From Podarcis melisellensis (Eukaryota): DNA of 64,000 bases. Position numbers and translations under genes: made by a program. The notes beneath the pieces were generated by a model that searched no databases, was not told the DNA's origin, and was given only the letters and a program-made list of their open reading frames with translations. Location: the NCBI GenBank assembly GCA_964234715.1, contig OZ174284.1. One strand, given 5' to 3'. The first letter of the stretch is position 1. Each line of letters opens with the position of its first letter. Positions 12,735 to 25,910 of this stretch are shown here, piece by piece.

Positions 12735-13524
12735 GTAAATAATAAGAATCAGTTTTAAAAGAGGCCACTTACTGTGACTGGAATGTGGCTACCAATAATC
12801 AAATGAATGTATGCCTTTCTGATTTCAGCCTTTAAAATAAAATGCCAGTACAAATGAGTCTCCAATAAGATGCCTATTTTACCCTTGTAAAGTAATGTTT
12901 TCGAATTTTACCTCCTCTTGGGTTCTTTCTCCCCAGCTTTGTGTGGGCAGACATTGGTGGCAAGGAGCTGTAGGATTCAAGTTTTTGTGTGGTGAAGGAT
13001 TGGGATCCAGGGCTTGGTGAGTTGGGGATCTAGAATTCCTCTTGATTCCCACTCCCAACTCCAGCAAGGCTTCTCCACTCCAAGGGGCAAGGGTGTGGAA
13101 TGGGGGGGACACATCTGCAAGAGAGCGAGGGCAGCAATGCAGTCTTTTGCCTTCTGTGACAAAATCTGTGGCTCCAGCTCTGCCTTAGAGTCTAACGGTT
13201 GCTACTGTTGTTAAAATCAATTTCCTGAATGCAACACAAAATGCCTTACTGATTTTTTTAAAAAATCTAGCATTGCCTCTGTTCTTTACAGACTACAAGA
13301 GGACAAATGTCTGCCCAATAAGTGTATTATCTAAAATTCAACCCAGACGAAAGGGAGGGAAGTAGGTGTAAACTGGGATAGAATTTGTTCTTTATTTGAG
13401 TTAGGTGTCCTTAGAGTTACTTACAGGCTAAGTTACTGTAAGGCATCTTCTGGAAATACTGAATTAATGGATAAGCTGTCACCCTTTCTCTGAATTCTTA
13501 AGAGATTAATGATATATGACTTAG

Positions 13525-13697
13525 GCCCAGGCTATTTGAAGGACCATATACTTGCTTTGAGATCTTCAGGGAAAATGCATCTTGGTAGCGCCACCCTTAG
13601 AGGCATCTTTAGTGGGGACGAGGGAGATGGCCTTCTCAGTGGCTGCCCCCAGGCTATGGAACTGCTTTCCAAGTGAGACAAGACTGGCACCCACCTT
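13525..13697 (+). mobile_element. Degraded L2-like LINE fragment abutting the LGR5 exon 17 acceptor
   Basis: ggccttctcagtggctgcccccaggctatggaactgctttcc aligns to the reverse complement of 20029-20070. Confidence 0.6.
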
Positions 13698-13715
13698 CTC
13701 CTCATCTTTTTACAG

Positions 13716-13799
13716 ATGACCGCGACTTTGAGGATTTTCTTCTTGACTTTGATGAAGATTTGAAAGCTCATCATTCGGTGCAATGCTCTCCCTCTCCAG
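13716..13799 (+). CDS. LGR5: LGR5 exon 17 (hinge)
   Basis: tacag|...|gtattg; 84 nt; DRDFEDFLLDFDEDLKAHHSVQCSPSP. Confidence 0.96.
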
Positions 13800-14484
13800 G
13801 TATTGATCTAGCTACATCCAATCTGTTGGTTGGCTTCAAAACTCCTTCGCTTCCTCTCTTGGCAGACTCCGCACTATATTCTAGAAAAAGGAGCTATGAA
13901 AAAGCGCAGTGCTCCATGGTGACTGCAACTCAGTGCGTGCTTTGTACGCAAAAGATCCCAGATACAATCCCTGGCTTTTCTAGGTAGGGCTATGCAAGAC
14001 TCTTGGCGGAAGCCCTGGAGAGCCACTGCCCAACCTTTAGGGGCCTGGGGGCACATTTGTAAATCTAAACAGCTGTTGTGAGCACCACAAAAAACCCATT
14101 ACACAGAGCAAAAAAAGGCAATGCTCAAACCGCCACCTCTCTGAAACAGCAGACAAAATGCATGTAACCCAGGGCTGTGCTTTATGGAGCCTCTGCCAAT
14201 GACCTGCTGCTGGAAACTCCTGTGCTGCGTTCTTCTTTTAGTGGCACCAGCACCACCACAATCCCTTTTCCTTCTTCCCTTAAAATAATAATAATAATAC
14301 TGTTACAATAGCAGCAGCAACACTGGCAGTTTCTTCACCACCTCTCCTGGGCTCTGCGAAAGGGCTGGCAGAGGAAAGGATGTCTTCTTAGGGCTCAGGC
14401 ACTGTGGGCAAAGTGGCCAAGAGAAGGCCTGTGTTGTTGCCACGGCAGCTAAAAGCACTCATCTTTCCTGTCTCGCCTTTGCAG

Positions 14485-15575
14485 GACCCTTCAAGCCTTG
14501 TGACTACCTCTTCGGGAGCTGGCTAATCCGAATTGGCGTCTGGACCATCGTGGTTTTGGCCTTGGTTTGCAATGCATTGGTGGTTGCGACGATCTTTAGA
14601 TTCCCGCTCTTCATTTCCTCCATAAAGCTGTTGATTGGACTAATAGCCATTGTGAACACACTCATGGGTGTGTCCAGCAGCGTGCTTGCCAGCATGGATG
14701 CATTAACTTTTGGAGTCTTTGCTCAGTATGGAGCTTGGTGGGAAGGTGGACTTGGTTGCCACTTCGTTGGACTTCTCTCCATCTTTGCTTCAGAGGCTTC
14801 CGTTTTCTTGCTGACGCTAGCAGCTCTTGAGCGCGGCTTTTCCGTGAAACACACCACAAAGTTTGAGACCAGTGCCACTCTTGCTAGCATGAGGGTAGCC
14901 ATCTTGTTTTGCTTTGTCTTGGCCTTAATCGTTGCAGTGATTCCAGTACTTGGGGGAAGTGAGTATGGGGTTTCCCCTCTGTGCATACCTTTGCCTTTTG
15001 GGAAGCCAACTGCTGTGGGTTACATGGTGGCACTGGTCTTGCTGAACTCTCTCTGTTTTCTTATAATGACAATAGCTTATACAAAACTCTACTGTAGTTT
15101 GGATAAGAGAGAATTGGATAATGTTTGGGACTGCTCCATGGTCAAGCATATTGCCTTGCTACTTTTTACTAACTGCATTCTTTATTGTCCTGTGGCTATC
15201 TTATCATTTTCTTCCTTGTTAAATCTTACTTTTATTAGCCCAGAAGTAATTAAACCAATACTTTTAGTAATTGTCCCCCTACCTGCATGTCTAAACCCAC
15301 TTCTCTATATACTTTTCAACCCACACTTCAAGGAAGACCTGGGAAGTCTTCGAAAGCAGTTGTTTTCATGGAAAGCATCCAAGCACGCAAGCCTGGTTTC
15401 TGTTAATTCAGAGGATGCAGAAAAACAGTCATGTGATTCAACTCAGGCTCTCGTAACCTTTGCAAGCACCAGAATATCATATGATATTCCCGCCAACAAT
15501 TCACTAGTGCCATCATCGTATCGAATGAGTGAAAGCTGTAACCTGTCTTCAGTAACATTTGTTCCGTGTCATTAG
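14485..15575 (+). CDS. LGR5: LGR5 exon 18, coding part (7TM domain and C-terminal tail)
   Basis: tgcag|GA CCC TTC AAG CCT TGT (GPFKPC); seven hydrophobic segments; LERG and NPLLY motifs; KQSCDSTQALV tail; TAG ends at 15575. Confidence 0.97.
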
Positions 15576-16901
15576 CTTCATCTCAGAGTCACCTGTGTTT
15601 AAAAATTATCAATCACACATTTATTAAATGGGTGCAGTAAGAGGGAAATAATTGTCTACTACTATTGGGTGCCAAAGGCTTGGTGGCAATGAAAATGGCA
15701 TCCTAAAGCCTAACTGATACCATCTCAGTCTGGTTTAGAGACAACCACTCTTGAATCAGTTGAGGTTCAGACTCAAGAAAAAATCCAAAAGCCATTGATG
15801 TTTACAGCACTGGCTCTGGTGATTCAAAATAGATCAACATTTCTCACTCTCCATTCATGAATCTTTTAATGGTCACAATGAAACTTCCACTAAGCTGATT
15901 TTTTTTTTTTTAATGGGACTTCAAATATTAAGAAAATGAGATTATCTTGGAAGTATTTATGAAAAATGTACCACTCCTAGTTGCACAATACATATTTACA
16001 CATGAACTGGCCTCAATGTTCTAAGCGTGAAAGTGAAGAGCCGCTCTTAACTTGTTAAAGAGGTTGAACCTAGCACAGCTTATAGGCATTTGAGTTAGAA
16101 CTTTACATTAAAAAGTCCCATTAGCAATAGCAGACCTACTTTGGAAGAACCACATTGAATACTATAGGTTGGGAGACCTGAATTGTTTTCAGGTTTATCC
16201 AGCATCACTTTTCTGAGCTGACACATGCATCCTTGGGAAAGAAAATGAACAAATGCGGAAAGTATGCACCCGAACGCCGGCTGCACGGTTATCATATTCC
16301 TTTGTCTCCTTGGATTTTGAAGCAATGCAGCGTGCAACTGGAGCTCTGTTCTTAAAACTACTTTGGATTAAACAAGAGATCATCTGACCATGGCACAATA
16401 CATACTACAATGTTTATTTAGCTTTACTTTTACTGCGGTTCGGTTATGGAGTGCTGCTTAATGTCAGTGAAATTGTTCCTCACATGAATATATATTCTTT
16501 TGTATACAAGAAGTAAAAGAATAAGTCTGAAGACTGGCTCAATAAAGATTCTTTTATATTAAAAATTGAACTTCAGAACACTATGCATACTATTTTCATA
16601 AGCAAGTTTGAAAGCTATAATTGAGATATTTTAATGGGAAAATAATAAAATTCATTTGAGAAGCTTTTTTTAAAAAAAAGATTTGTAAATATAGAACTGT
16701 ATTTATTATTACAGTAAAATCATACTAAAAATGAGAATAAGCCATGTACAGTTTTGTACTGATATATTTCCTAGATTTCTATTTTCTTCTCATATATTTG
16801 ACTAAATTCACTATCTGTACATAATATATGTAAATGTGTAGTGATTGTAAATAGAGGATGTGCTTTCTTTTCTACTGGTGTTTCAAATATATGGAATTTG
16901 T

Positions 16902-16907
16902 AATAAA
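16902..16907 (+). terminator. Probable LGR5 polyadenylation signal (AATAAA); an upstream alternative lies at 16541
   Basis: AATAAA ends an AU-rich, UGUA-rich block about 1.3 kb after the stop codon. Confidence 0.55.
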
Positions 16908-18136
16908 ACCTGCAGCTAAGCAGAAAGAGTGCCTCGGTATCTTACACTCACAGAAGATAGGCAGCAGTTCCAAATATTTCCAGAACATTTTTACCACCTC
17001 ATGATAATAGAACTTGCAAGTAACTCTTTTTCACAGAGGACAAAAACATAAACCTAAAATACTTTCTCTCATAACGTTTACAGTTTACCTAATCTAATGT
17101 TTCTCACATACAAGAGGTATTGGCATTATAGTCCAGGCATTTTCATGTCACATACCTATAGCTTTTCATGTTGGAAGTTTGTGTCACCCTAACAAAATTC
17201 TCATGAAGAATTGCATGAAAGGCTATAATTTTAGAATAAGCCAGTAATGGTGAATTACAGTTGCCAACACAAAGGCTCCCCAAGAGGTAAAGATTAGAGG
17301 TTGTGAGGAGGAATGTAATCAGAGAAAGCTTAAGACAACTTTTCCACACTCACCAATACTTACATTTGTTTGTAGTAGCCTATTATTGGGTATTTGACCT
17401 TGGGCAATAAACATCCATTGATGGATGTAGACCAGCAATTTAGCCAACAATAATGCAACTTCCTTTTGAGATACAGACTGATCTAGCATGTAAAAAGTTT
17501 TTTAAAACCTCCAGTCTCTAAATAAAAGCTGGCTCTGCATTATGTTTGAACAAATCTGACTTCAAATTATGAGAGATTTTGTGCTGCTTTTCATGATACC
17601 CCGCTTTAAGAGAAAATGCCAATTTATGAAAAAAAGTACTAGATATATTTCTTCCCATTTAGGTATACTCATGCATGGAAAAAAGCAGGAATAAACAATG
17701 CCATTAATATTTTTCCATCACCAAGATTATCATGTTGTATGTGGAACTGCACTTGAAAAGCATCCAGAAAATCAAATTAGTGCAAAATATCACAACAATT
17801 TTTTTGTCTGAGGTTGGCTAGAGTTTATTTCTGAGATGCTGTATGAGCCTGTGATTGCATGCTCATTTCTAGACACAATTTAAGTTCCTAGTGTTCATTT
17901 GAGGAAAAATTATATATAAATGAGAATTATTGAACGCCAATATCCAAGTTTGGGGCAAATACTCTTTGGTGAGACAACCCCAACAGATATTTAATGTTAC
18001 AAAATATGCAGCAAAGTAAAGTGTGGAAATATAGGCTGTTAGACTTTTAAAATATGCCCTTTAAGTTCAAAAGTAAGTTTAAAATGCTTTACTTACAAAC
18101 TCACCAATGGTCAGAGTCGTGTGCTTTTCAATACAG

Positions 18137-18417
18137 AAGGCACGTCCAGCTCCCAAGAGACTGTGATCTACTCCCAGTATAAAAAAACTGGCAGTGATCT
18201 ATCCATTGTCATTGGAGGGAGGAGGAGTGGGGGGGCAGGTGGATTACTCAGAGTTGTTGAGCTTTTTGGGGGGTAGGATTGCCCAGAGTTCTTCAACTTT
18301 TATTTGTTAACTTTCGGTAAACTTTATTTAATCCTACGATCGATAAGGGTCCCACAATCTACCAGGATCAGCCGGGGATCTACCAATAGATAACGATCTA
18401 CTGGTTGGACATGCCTG
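18137..18417. mobile_element. Non-autonomous hAT-like element
   Basis: Ends AGGCACGTCCA and TGGACATGCCTG; near-TSD CAATACAG/CACTACAG; repeated GATCTAC subterminal motifs. Confidence 0.65.
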
Positions 18418-18747
18418 CACTACAGCATTCAGAAAAACTTACACAGGCAGTAAAACTTAGTTACAGAGTGGTGAATGCTCCTAAATTATTGGTATAGGAA
18501 CTCAAGAGTGGCTTGTGAAAACCATGCAGTCTGAGTTGTAGCAACTAGCTCAAACCTCTTTACACGCTCAGCTGCTCAGGCAGACTGAAGGAGACCAAAG
18601 GCTTGTTTACCTTGTTCCTCTCAAGGTGAGGGGGAAGTGGACATAGCTAAGTTAGGTAGGATTGCTTACTCTATGGTATTAACCCCTTCGTGGATTAATT
18701 AGACTTCAGCATGTTGGCTACATAAGCTGATTATCCCACAACGAGAT

Positions 18748-18880
18748 CAGGTGGGAATCTGTAGACCTCCAGGTGTTGCTAGACTATATATCCTCTCATT
18801 CCTGATCATTAGCTACACTGGCTGGGGCTGACAGAGTTGGAGTCCCACAATACTTGAGAGGCCACAGCTTTCTCTATCCT
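18748..18880. mobile_element. Degraded palindromic hAT-like MITE; similar remnants near 34165-34250 and 59245-59320
   Basis: Imperfect arms gtagacctccaggtgttgctagact...agtcccacaatacttgagagggccacag. Confidence 0.5.
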
Positions 18881-19820
18881 CGTGCTAGCTAAAGCCTAAA
18901 ACATTTTGGAATGCAGGTACGTAAAGTACTGTCTTCTCTGTACATACCGCGCCATGCTTCAATCAACAGCCAAGCGCCTAATCCAGGTAGATGGGTACAA
19001 AGACCAGGGAGATTGTTTTAATTATGGGATGGATTGTAAGGTATGCCCTCTGGAGAAAACCCACACAGCCCTATGCTATCATTTTGATGCCTAATGAAAG
19101 TTTGGCTACTCAGACAAGGCTTTGAATGAGGCTGATAGTTCTACTGGTGGTTGGTTCTACTGACTTACCTGTTGGTTTTGCTTTGGGCTACCCATTTGTT
19201 AGTCTGACTATTGCTTTACTATTGCTGCTGGATGGGTTGTGTTTTGCTGCCTTTCATTTTGTGTTGTATTTGTTAATTTGCTTTACTGTGAACTACTTTG
19301 ACACACACACAAACACCACCCTGAGAGCTTCCAGAATGAGTAAGGGAGACAAGAAATACTAAAGTAACTCATCCCATTGTGTTACATCAAAGCCAAAACC
19401 TCCAGTCTCTGCTGCTTCCCTGTTTGGCTGGTGTCACCCTGCCGCCCAATCACAGCTATGATAGGTTTCTCTATTGTTTTCAATATGTCTCATATCTGCC
19501 AGGGGAGGAGAGGACAGATCTATAGTCAGAGGAATCAGAGGTCAGTCAGATTGTGTGAATTTACAAGTGAAGCCTATGGCTTGGAGTAGTTGAGCCATGG
19601 GAATGTTGATAGTGTCTGTTTATAATGGAGAAGAAAGGACTGATCTGCATGAGCCTGTAAAGCATTTTGCTTTGTTGGTTTTTTATTGCATGGATATTTC
19701 ATTGCTTTAAGCTGCTTTGAATTTCTTTGTGAGGTGTAAGGTTTTCAAACAAATAAATGATAGCTAGTGGATTTCTGGAGGAGAGCATTCAGGTTGCAGG
19801 AGGTGGATATTATTATTTTT

Positions 19821-20090
19821 GTTGTTGTTGTTGTTGTTGTTGTTGTTATTTATTTTCTTATTTATACCCTGCCTATCTAGCTGGGTTTCCCCAGCCACTC
19901 TGGACAGCTCCGATAGAATATTAAAAGCACAATAAAATATCAAACATTAAAATCTTCCCTAAACAGGGCTACCTTCATGTGTCTTCGAAATGTCAGATAC
20001 TGCAGTTGTTTATTTCCTTGACATCAATGGGAGGGCATTCCACAGGGCGGGCGCCACTACTGAGAAGGCCCTCTGCCTGGTTCCCTGCAA
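19821..20090 (-). mobile_element. L2-like LINE 3' end with a (GTT)n/(ATT)n tail
   Basis: gggagggcattccacagggcgggcgccactactgagaaggccct and ccccagccactctgg segments; shared with copies near 30050, 48050 and 62250. Confidence 0.75.
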
Positions 20091-20280
20091 AAAGACTCCC
20101 CTCCCTTGCCTCAGTTGTCTGGAGATGAGCAGGAACCAGACTGAAAAGTTTCCATTCAGACTTTGTGTTGTGTGCAGACAGAAAGAGCAGTGAAATAGTG
20201 CAAGAGTTTGGACTGATGAGTGCAAGGGGGGGCTATTTCCTTCCCCCAACTAAACATAGCCACCAGATTCCCAGCTTTCA

Positions 20281-20283
<3 letters not shown>

Positions 20284-20344
<61 letters not shown>
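20284..20344. repeat. (AG)n microsatellite
   Basis: Read directly from the sequence; about 30 units. Confidence 0.97.
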
Positions 20345-20349
<5 letters not shown>

Positions 20350-22916
20350 AGAGGCGAAACGTAGAAATGAGACAAAGTGGGGACATCATTGTCTTCCCAC
20401 GAGCCTGCTCCACCCAACTCCCCCTTACTTTGCCCCCCTGCCCTGGAAAAACTACTGTGGGTGCCCTTGAGTCCAACAACATAATTAAAAAATTCAGCAA
20501 TTTTAGTTGTTTGGAGAACAGCCTCCCACAGTGTTCCTAACTTGGGCTATGTAGGGGTGGGGATGTCTTTTACCTGAGGCAGGTGTTGGGAGTGCACTGG
20601 AGCCAGAGTAAATGGTAATTTCGACATAGCTTTGTTCTTTTATCCCAAACCAATCCAGATGGCCACCATCTCCGAGATCAGGCTGAGGGCAGCCAAATAA
20701 TTCTGCCAGCTGAGTTGACCTTAACAGGCAGCTGATGTGAGTTATTGAGTCTCCTGTAAACTGCTCACCTTGCGTCGGTGAAAGATGATCAAAGCTAGAT
20801 AGGCAGACCGGAGACTCGCTGCTCAGAAGCCATGGCCCACTGAGAAAAATACATGGCACAAACACAATTGATCTCTGGCACCTCACATTTTAGAAATTAA
20901 ACACTCCATCATTTTTATTTTCCTGGGGGACACACTGAGAATTCTTGATAATGAAAGTCATTAGAGTAATTAGGAAATTATTATCCAGTTCTAGATTGCC
21001 CAGTTACATTCCCTGGCAACCCTCTGCTTCCAGTTTTCCATCCAAAATTCCTCTGGCATACGGAAGACATTTAGAAACATTTAACATTTATGATTTTAAA
21101 CCGTTCACCAGCCAAGGGTGACCTTAACTGGCTAGCAAAAGAATCTCAGAGAATGGTTTCTAACAATTAGATCTTCATCATCATACCACCACTACCCCCA
21201 AAATCAATATATTGTTATGCCTGGGTCTAAGGCTTTTCAAGAAGTATGTTACATATTTATTTATTTTTTTAATCACATCCTCTTTCAGTTATTAAATGCA
21301 CAAAGGGCATATTTGTCCCCAGGGAACTTGGGTAAGTGTAACATGACTGGAAACAGAATGTGTATGACAGATGATAGAACTCTTGCAATTAGAGTATAAT
21401 TCCTACTCAATATTTCTTGGAAGTACAGTGGATGTAAATTTAACTGTGGGCCTAACCAAAAAGAGATGGATGGGGTTAAATTCATGAACAATCTCCTTCC
21501 TAGAAAATTTTCTCTTCCGTTCATTATCTCTGTCCTATGCTCAGAGCAGACTTGTATGAATGAACCTAAGCATATCCCTAATCATTCAGGGAACACTTCT
21601 TAAGTCATTAAAGGCACCATTTGGAAACAATAAAAAGCCCTAACAAACAAGGATGGGAGACTTTGTCCCTCGTGATTTACCTTCCAGGGGCCGCATTGCA
21701 AGTGGTAGGTGGGGCCAGAGAGTGCAGGAAGTAGCGGTTTTGAAGCAGAGGATGAAATGCAGGCTTGCAGCTCTGGAAAATGTCTTTTGGGGGCTGCTTA
21801 TTTGTAGGAGTTCAGCTGCAAAACCTGCATTTTAGAAAATGAACTCAAAATTGGCATAAAATCCTTAAGTCTTTGTTGATGGCTGTTTCCAAAGGAAGCC
21901 AAGCTCAGGCAAGCGGTGCCCCTGGCACTTCCACAGCATCTGAACCAAATGTAACAACATATTGAGTTGAATGTGAACGAAACAACCACTGGGGATTATG
22001 GAGAAAATGCATTTTTTCAGAGAATATAAGGAACCTACTTATACCGAGGAAATGAAGTCAAACCAGAAGATGTATTACAGACATTGATCAGTAAATGTGT
22101 GTACTTTTCAAGGACAGAATGTATATGCATACATCAGAAATATACTGTTCAGTACTACAGAGTTGCCATCAAATTGCGGGAAGGATGCAAAGTCCCTTGG
22201 GGGTGTGGGTCATTTATACAATTATCCGGTTCCTTAAATGCATATGCATAGTGATCAGGTTTTGTTAACCTCATGTCAGTCCAGCTTCTATTAAGTACAA
22301 TAATATGTGAGCTCATTTAACTAAGGCAGGAATAATCTTTGGGTTTCTTTAACGGCAGGCAGAATTGCCACCTTGTTTGGATGCTGGAAGCTGGAACTTT
22401 CAATCACACTGCCAGTTACAAGATTAAAATAAGTGGCAGAAATATTAGTAAACATCATTTTTCAAATAAGAGCTCAGAAAGATTCCGCACAATTTCGTGG
22501 AAAAATCAGGACAATCCTTAGATGAAGTTAGCCAACAGCTGGATTTCTCTAGAGGCGACCTACACTTTGATCTAAATTGACCTGATAAACCCCAACAAAA
22601 TCTACTTACTGTGAGGCTCCTTGATGATGTCCCTGAACAAGGGATATAAACATGAGTTTCATGTGCCAGTTTGGATTTTATAGTCCTCAACTGACTCGTG
22701 TAGGCTCTATGAATTAAGTTGTTGTTTATATCTTGGAACGTGTCCAAGGGATATTCCGTTTTCTGCAGTATGAGTCCACAAATCATGACACAGGGATTTT
22801 TTATTTTTACAATCGATACATTCTAAGGCTCCAATATTCCATTCAGATCATAGCAATTATCTCCTTCCAGCAGAAAGCGCCAAAAAGAGACCAACATCGG
22901 CTCTGAAGTTGCCACT

Positions 22917-23010
22917 GTGGCGTATTGGTTAGGGTTTTGGATTAGGACCTGGGAGAGCAGGGTTCGAATCCCCATTCAGCCTTGAAGCTCGCTGGGTGAC
23001 CTTGGTCCAG
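22917..23010 (+). mobile_element. 5' part of a tRNA-derived, MIR-like squamate SINE
   Basis: A-box-like GTGGCGTATTGG and B-box GGTTCGAATCC, followed by ...gaagctcgctgggtgaccttgg. Confidence 0.7.
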
Positions 23011-24187
23011 AAGTGAGGAGGAAGCCAGCCCCATGGATCCAAATATTTTTGGGAAACATTGAAACAACTCCATTATTTGAGGTTCTCCCTGCAGCAGAAG
23101 CCTGCCCCCTATGTCTTATTCATGGGGTATTTCCCCCTGTGATTTCCCAACTTTGATTTCCTAAGAAAATCTCAACAACTTTGGCTACCCCCCCCCAAAA
23201 AAAAACCACCTGACTACACCCGTATCATGGATACAACACAGGGGAGAGGATGTGGGGCTTCAGAGGAGTGAGTCACTAGCTCATCTACTTCATCTTCAGG
23301 TGGAAATACAGCACTCAAAGCACACAAATTGTTAATATAAAAAAACTGGAAGCAGCCACCTGTGAACAGCATGGAAGGCTCAAATGCACACACTTCTTAG
23401 GAAGGCAGCTAAAATTATAATAATCCTGCTTGCCTTCCTTTGACCTCTTTCGACCTATACAGGAAAGGCCTTAAGCTGCCCTTTCTTCTTGCCCAAGACT
23501 GTTCTGAACCGACAGGTGCAAGTGTGAAAAAAACTTTTATGATCCAGGAGTACACTCCTCTTTAACGGAAAAGCAAATAAATCTCAGCATTCCATGCCAG
23601 CAATTTCACAAGCTTTGATTTCGGTTGCAGTAAGTCTTTCTTGTGCCCGACAGCCAGGCAGGACCGTTAAGATTACTTCTGGCAGAAGTTCTACTGCAAA
23701 CATATAAACATAGAGGAAAGAGGCTATCAATGCAATTGAACAGCCTCATCCGCAGTCACAACTTCCTTTCTTAGCATCACTGTTGCTTTAGATGAAATGC
23801 CTTCATGAGTTACACCAATTAAGCGAAATACCATCTTCACTTTCAACTTTTAAGTCTGGAAGAGGTGACTTTTTTTGACACAGGAAATCTGGTTGTGACA
23901 ATTTAGCAATGCCATGTTTTTAAACTGTGTGTATTCCAGTATAAATACTAGTATCAATTTTTAAAGGACTTTCTCCAGCACCAAATTAAAAGGAAGCAAA
24001 TGCCTGAAAGTAGGAGGAAGCTCATAAACTTTTCACATGCAAAGCATGTATTCCACCATTGAAATACAATCATGTAGAATGCTCTCCCCAGTGAGGTCTG
24101 CCCGGTATCTCTGCACACCTTTTCAGTACCAGGTAGAAACTGAACTTTTTCTCCAGGCCTTTGAAAGACTGTATTGTCTGCTTTTAA

Positions 24188-24509
24188 AAAGGTAAAGGGA
24201 CCCCTGACCATTAGGTCCAGTCGTGACCGACTCTGGGGTTGCGGCGCTCATCTCGCTTTATTGGCTGAGGGAGCCGGCGTACAGCTTCCAGGTCATGTGG
24301 CCAGCATGACTAAGCCGCTTCTGGCGAACCAGAGCAGCACACGGATTACCTTCCCGCCAGAGCGGTACCTACTTGCACTCTGACGTGCTTCTGAACTGCT
24401 AGGCTAGCAGGAGCAGGAACCAAACAACAGGAGCTCACCCCGTTGCGGAGATTCGAACTGCCAACCTTCTGATCAGCAAGTCTTAGGCTCTGTGGTTTAA
24501 CCCACAGCG
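24188..24509 (-). mobile_element. Sauria SINE with internal deletions and a clipped 5' end
   Basis: Colinear with the 3386-3742 copy. Confidence 0.9.
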
Positions 24510-25599
24510 TTAAACCTTGTCCATTGCTGTTACCGGGTGTGAAGGGCTGTTTTCATTTTTACATGTTGTATGAAATGTTAATGTTTCATATGACATTTTT
24601 CCTTATAGTTAACAATGCACTTACATGTATGTTTTCTGAAAGCAAGTCGCTCTGCAACCTTTTAGGTGCAAGAGACTAAGAAAAAATAATAAAGAACCAC
24701 AAATTCACACCTCTCCAATCTCTCCACAGAGGAAGGGGTTCCCAGAAATATGTATAGGAGGAATAAAAACTCTCAGTAATAGTTTGCAGCTGAATCAGTG
24801 TCACAGGAATGTTCCTGATGTGAAAAGGTTGCATCTGCACAACTTTTTCCAGTCAGGGAGCTACCTGCAAAATGGAAGAAAAATTCCTTTTTTTGGATAG
24901 AGAATATGGAATATGCCACACCTGTGTCTGCTATGTACTGAGTGAAATATATAACTTTGCTTAATATATTTACCCCACCTCAAGACTAAAAAGGCACCTC
25001 TTATTTAAGAAAGCAAACACACTCTACTTCTTGTCAGCGGATTCAATGATACTTACCCCACAGAAAGTCTATAAAAGAACTAAGCTATGCTTACATTTAT
25101 CAAAATAAAATGCCCTACTACTGCAGTTGTCTTCACTCCACATACAGCTTGAGTAGCATGGAAAAAGTGATTGGTATTATTGGTGTTTGCCCTGAAACGC
25201 CAAATAGGATGAAAGGGTTTATTCCCACTTATGAAGAATCACAGCAGAGAATTGTGCAAGACTGAGTAACAAGTTTGTAGCAGCCAGATGAACACTGCAT
25301 GGTTTTTGTCCATAGCTGGTTCTCCTCAATTGCTGGTGGCAGATTGTTTTCTTTCTATTTAGGCATGAAATGAAGATTCTCTGGCATCCACTTGCTTTGT
25401 CCTCACTTCATGTGCTATCCCTCAAAGAGAGGTTTGCTGCCAGAAACCCAGTGTTTGACCTCAGGACACACCATTTCCCCCTTAGCCTCAGCTTCTCTAA
25501 TCTCGTTTAAGAGAATCATGGCCTAAAGAGGCAGGGCAGGCATGGTGTTGCTAACAAAGAACAGTATTTGGACCAAAGGGTAGTTCAATTTCTCTTTAA

Positions 25600-25910
25600 T
25601 CGTAACTCAGACAAAAATAAATAAAACTGTGGAACGTGCTGCCACAGGAAGCAGGGATGGCCACCAGCTTTAAAACAGAGAAATATGTGGAAGGTAAATG
25701 CTATCAATGGCAACTAGCCATTCATGGCTACGCTTTGCGTCGGAGGCTGTAGGCTTTTGAATACTTGCTGCCGGAAAGGGCAGGTGGAGTGTGTGTTCTT
25801 GTGGCTGGGTCCTGCTTTGGCGCTTCCCATAGGCATCTGGTTGGCTACTGTGAGAACAAGATGCTGGACCAGATGGACCAGTGGCTTAATGCAACATGCT
25901 CTCTCTTGTT
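25600..25910 (+). mobile_element. CR1-like LINE 3' fragment; a related remnant lies at about 62060-62170
   Basis: ctgtggaacgtgctgccacaggaagc (W-N-x-L-P motif) followed by a squamate CR1-type 3' UTR. Confidence 0.65.

Larger units (their letters stand above)
1302..15575 (+). other. LGR5: LGR5 gene, 3' portion (11 exons, equivalent to human exons 8-18); the 5' exons lie outside the window
   Basis: GT-AG exons of 72,72,69,72,66,72,72,126,146,84 nt plus a terminal 7TM exon splice in frame. They encode LRRs, hinge and 7TM closely matching LGR5 as recalled. Synteny with ZFC3H1 matches human. Confidence 0.97.

Noticed and set aside
14485-15575. LGR4 or LGR6 identity for the GPCR
   Set aside because: The hinge, the C-terminal tail ending FVPC and the adjacency to ZFC3H1 all fit LGR5.
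20500-24000. TCF/LEF motifs (CTTTGAT at about 22566, 23151 and 23613) as a Wnt-responsive LGR5 3' enhancer
   Set aside because: Short motifs are expected by chance in AT-rich DNA and conservation cannot be assessed here. ATAC-seq or a multi-species alignment would be needed.
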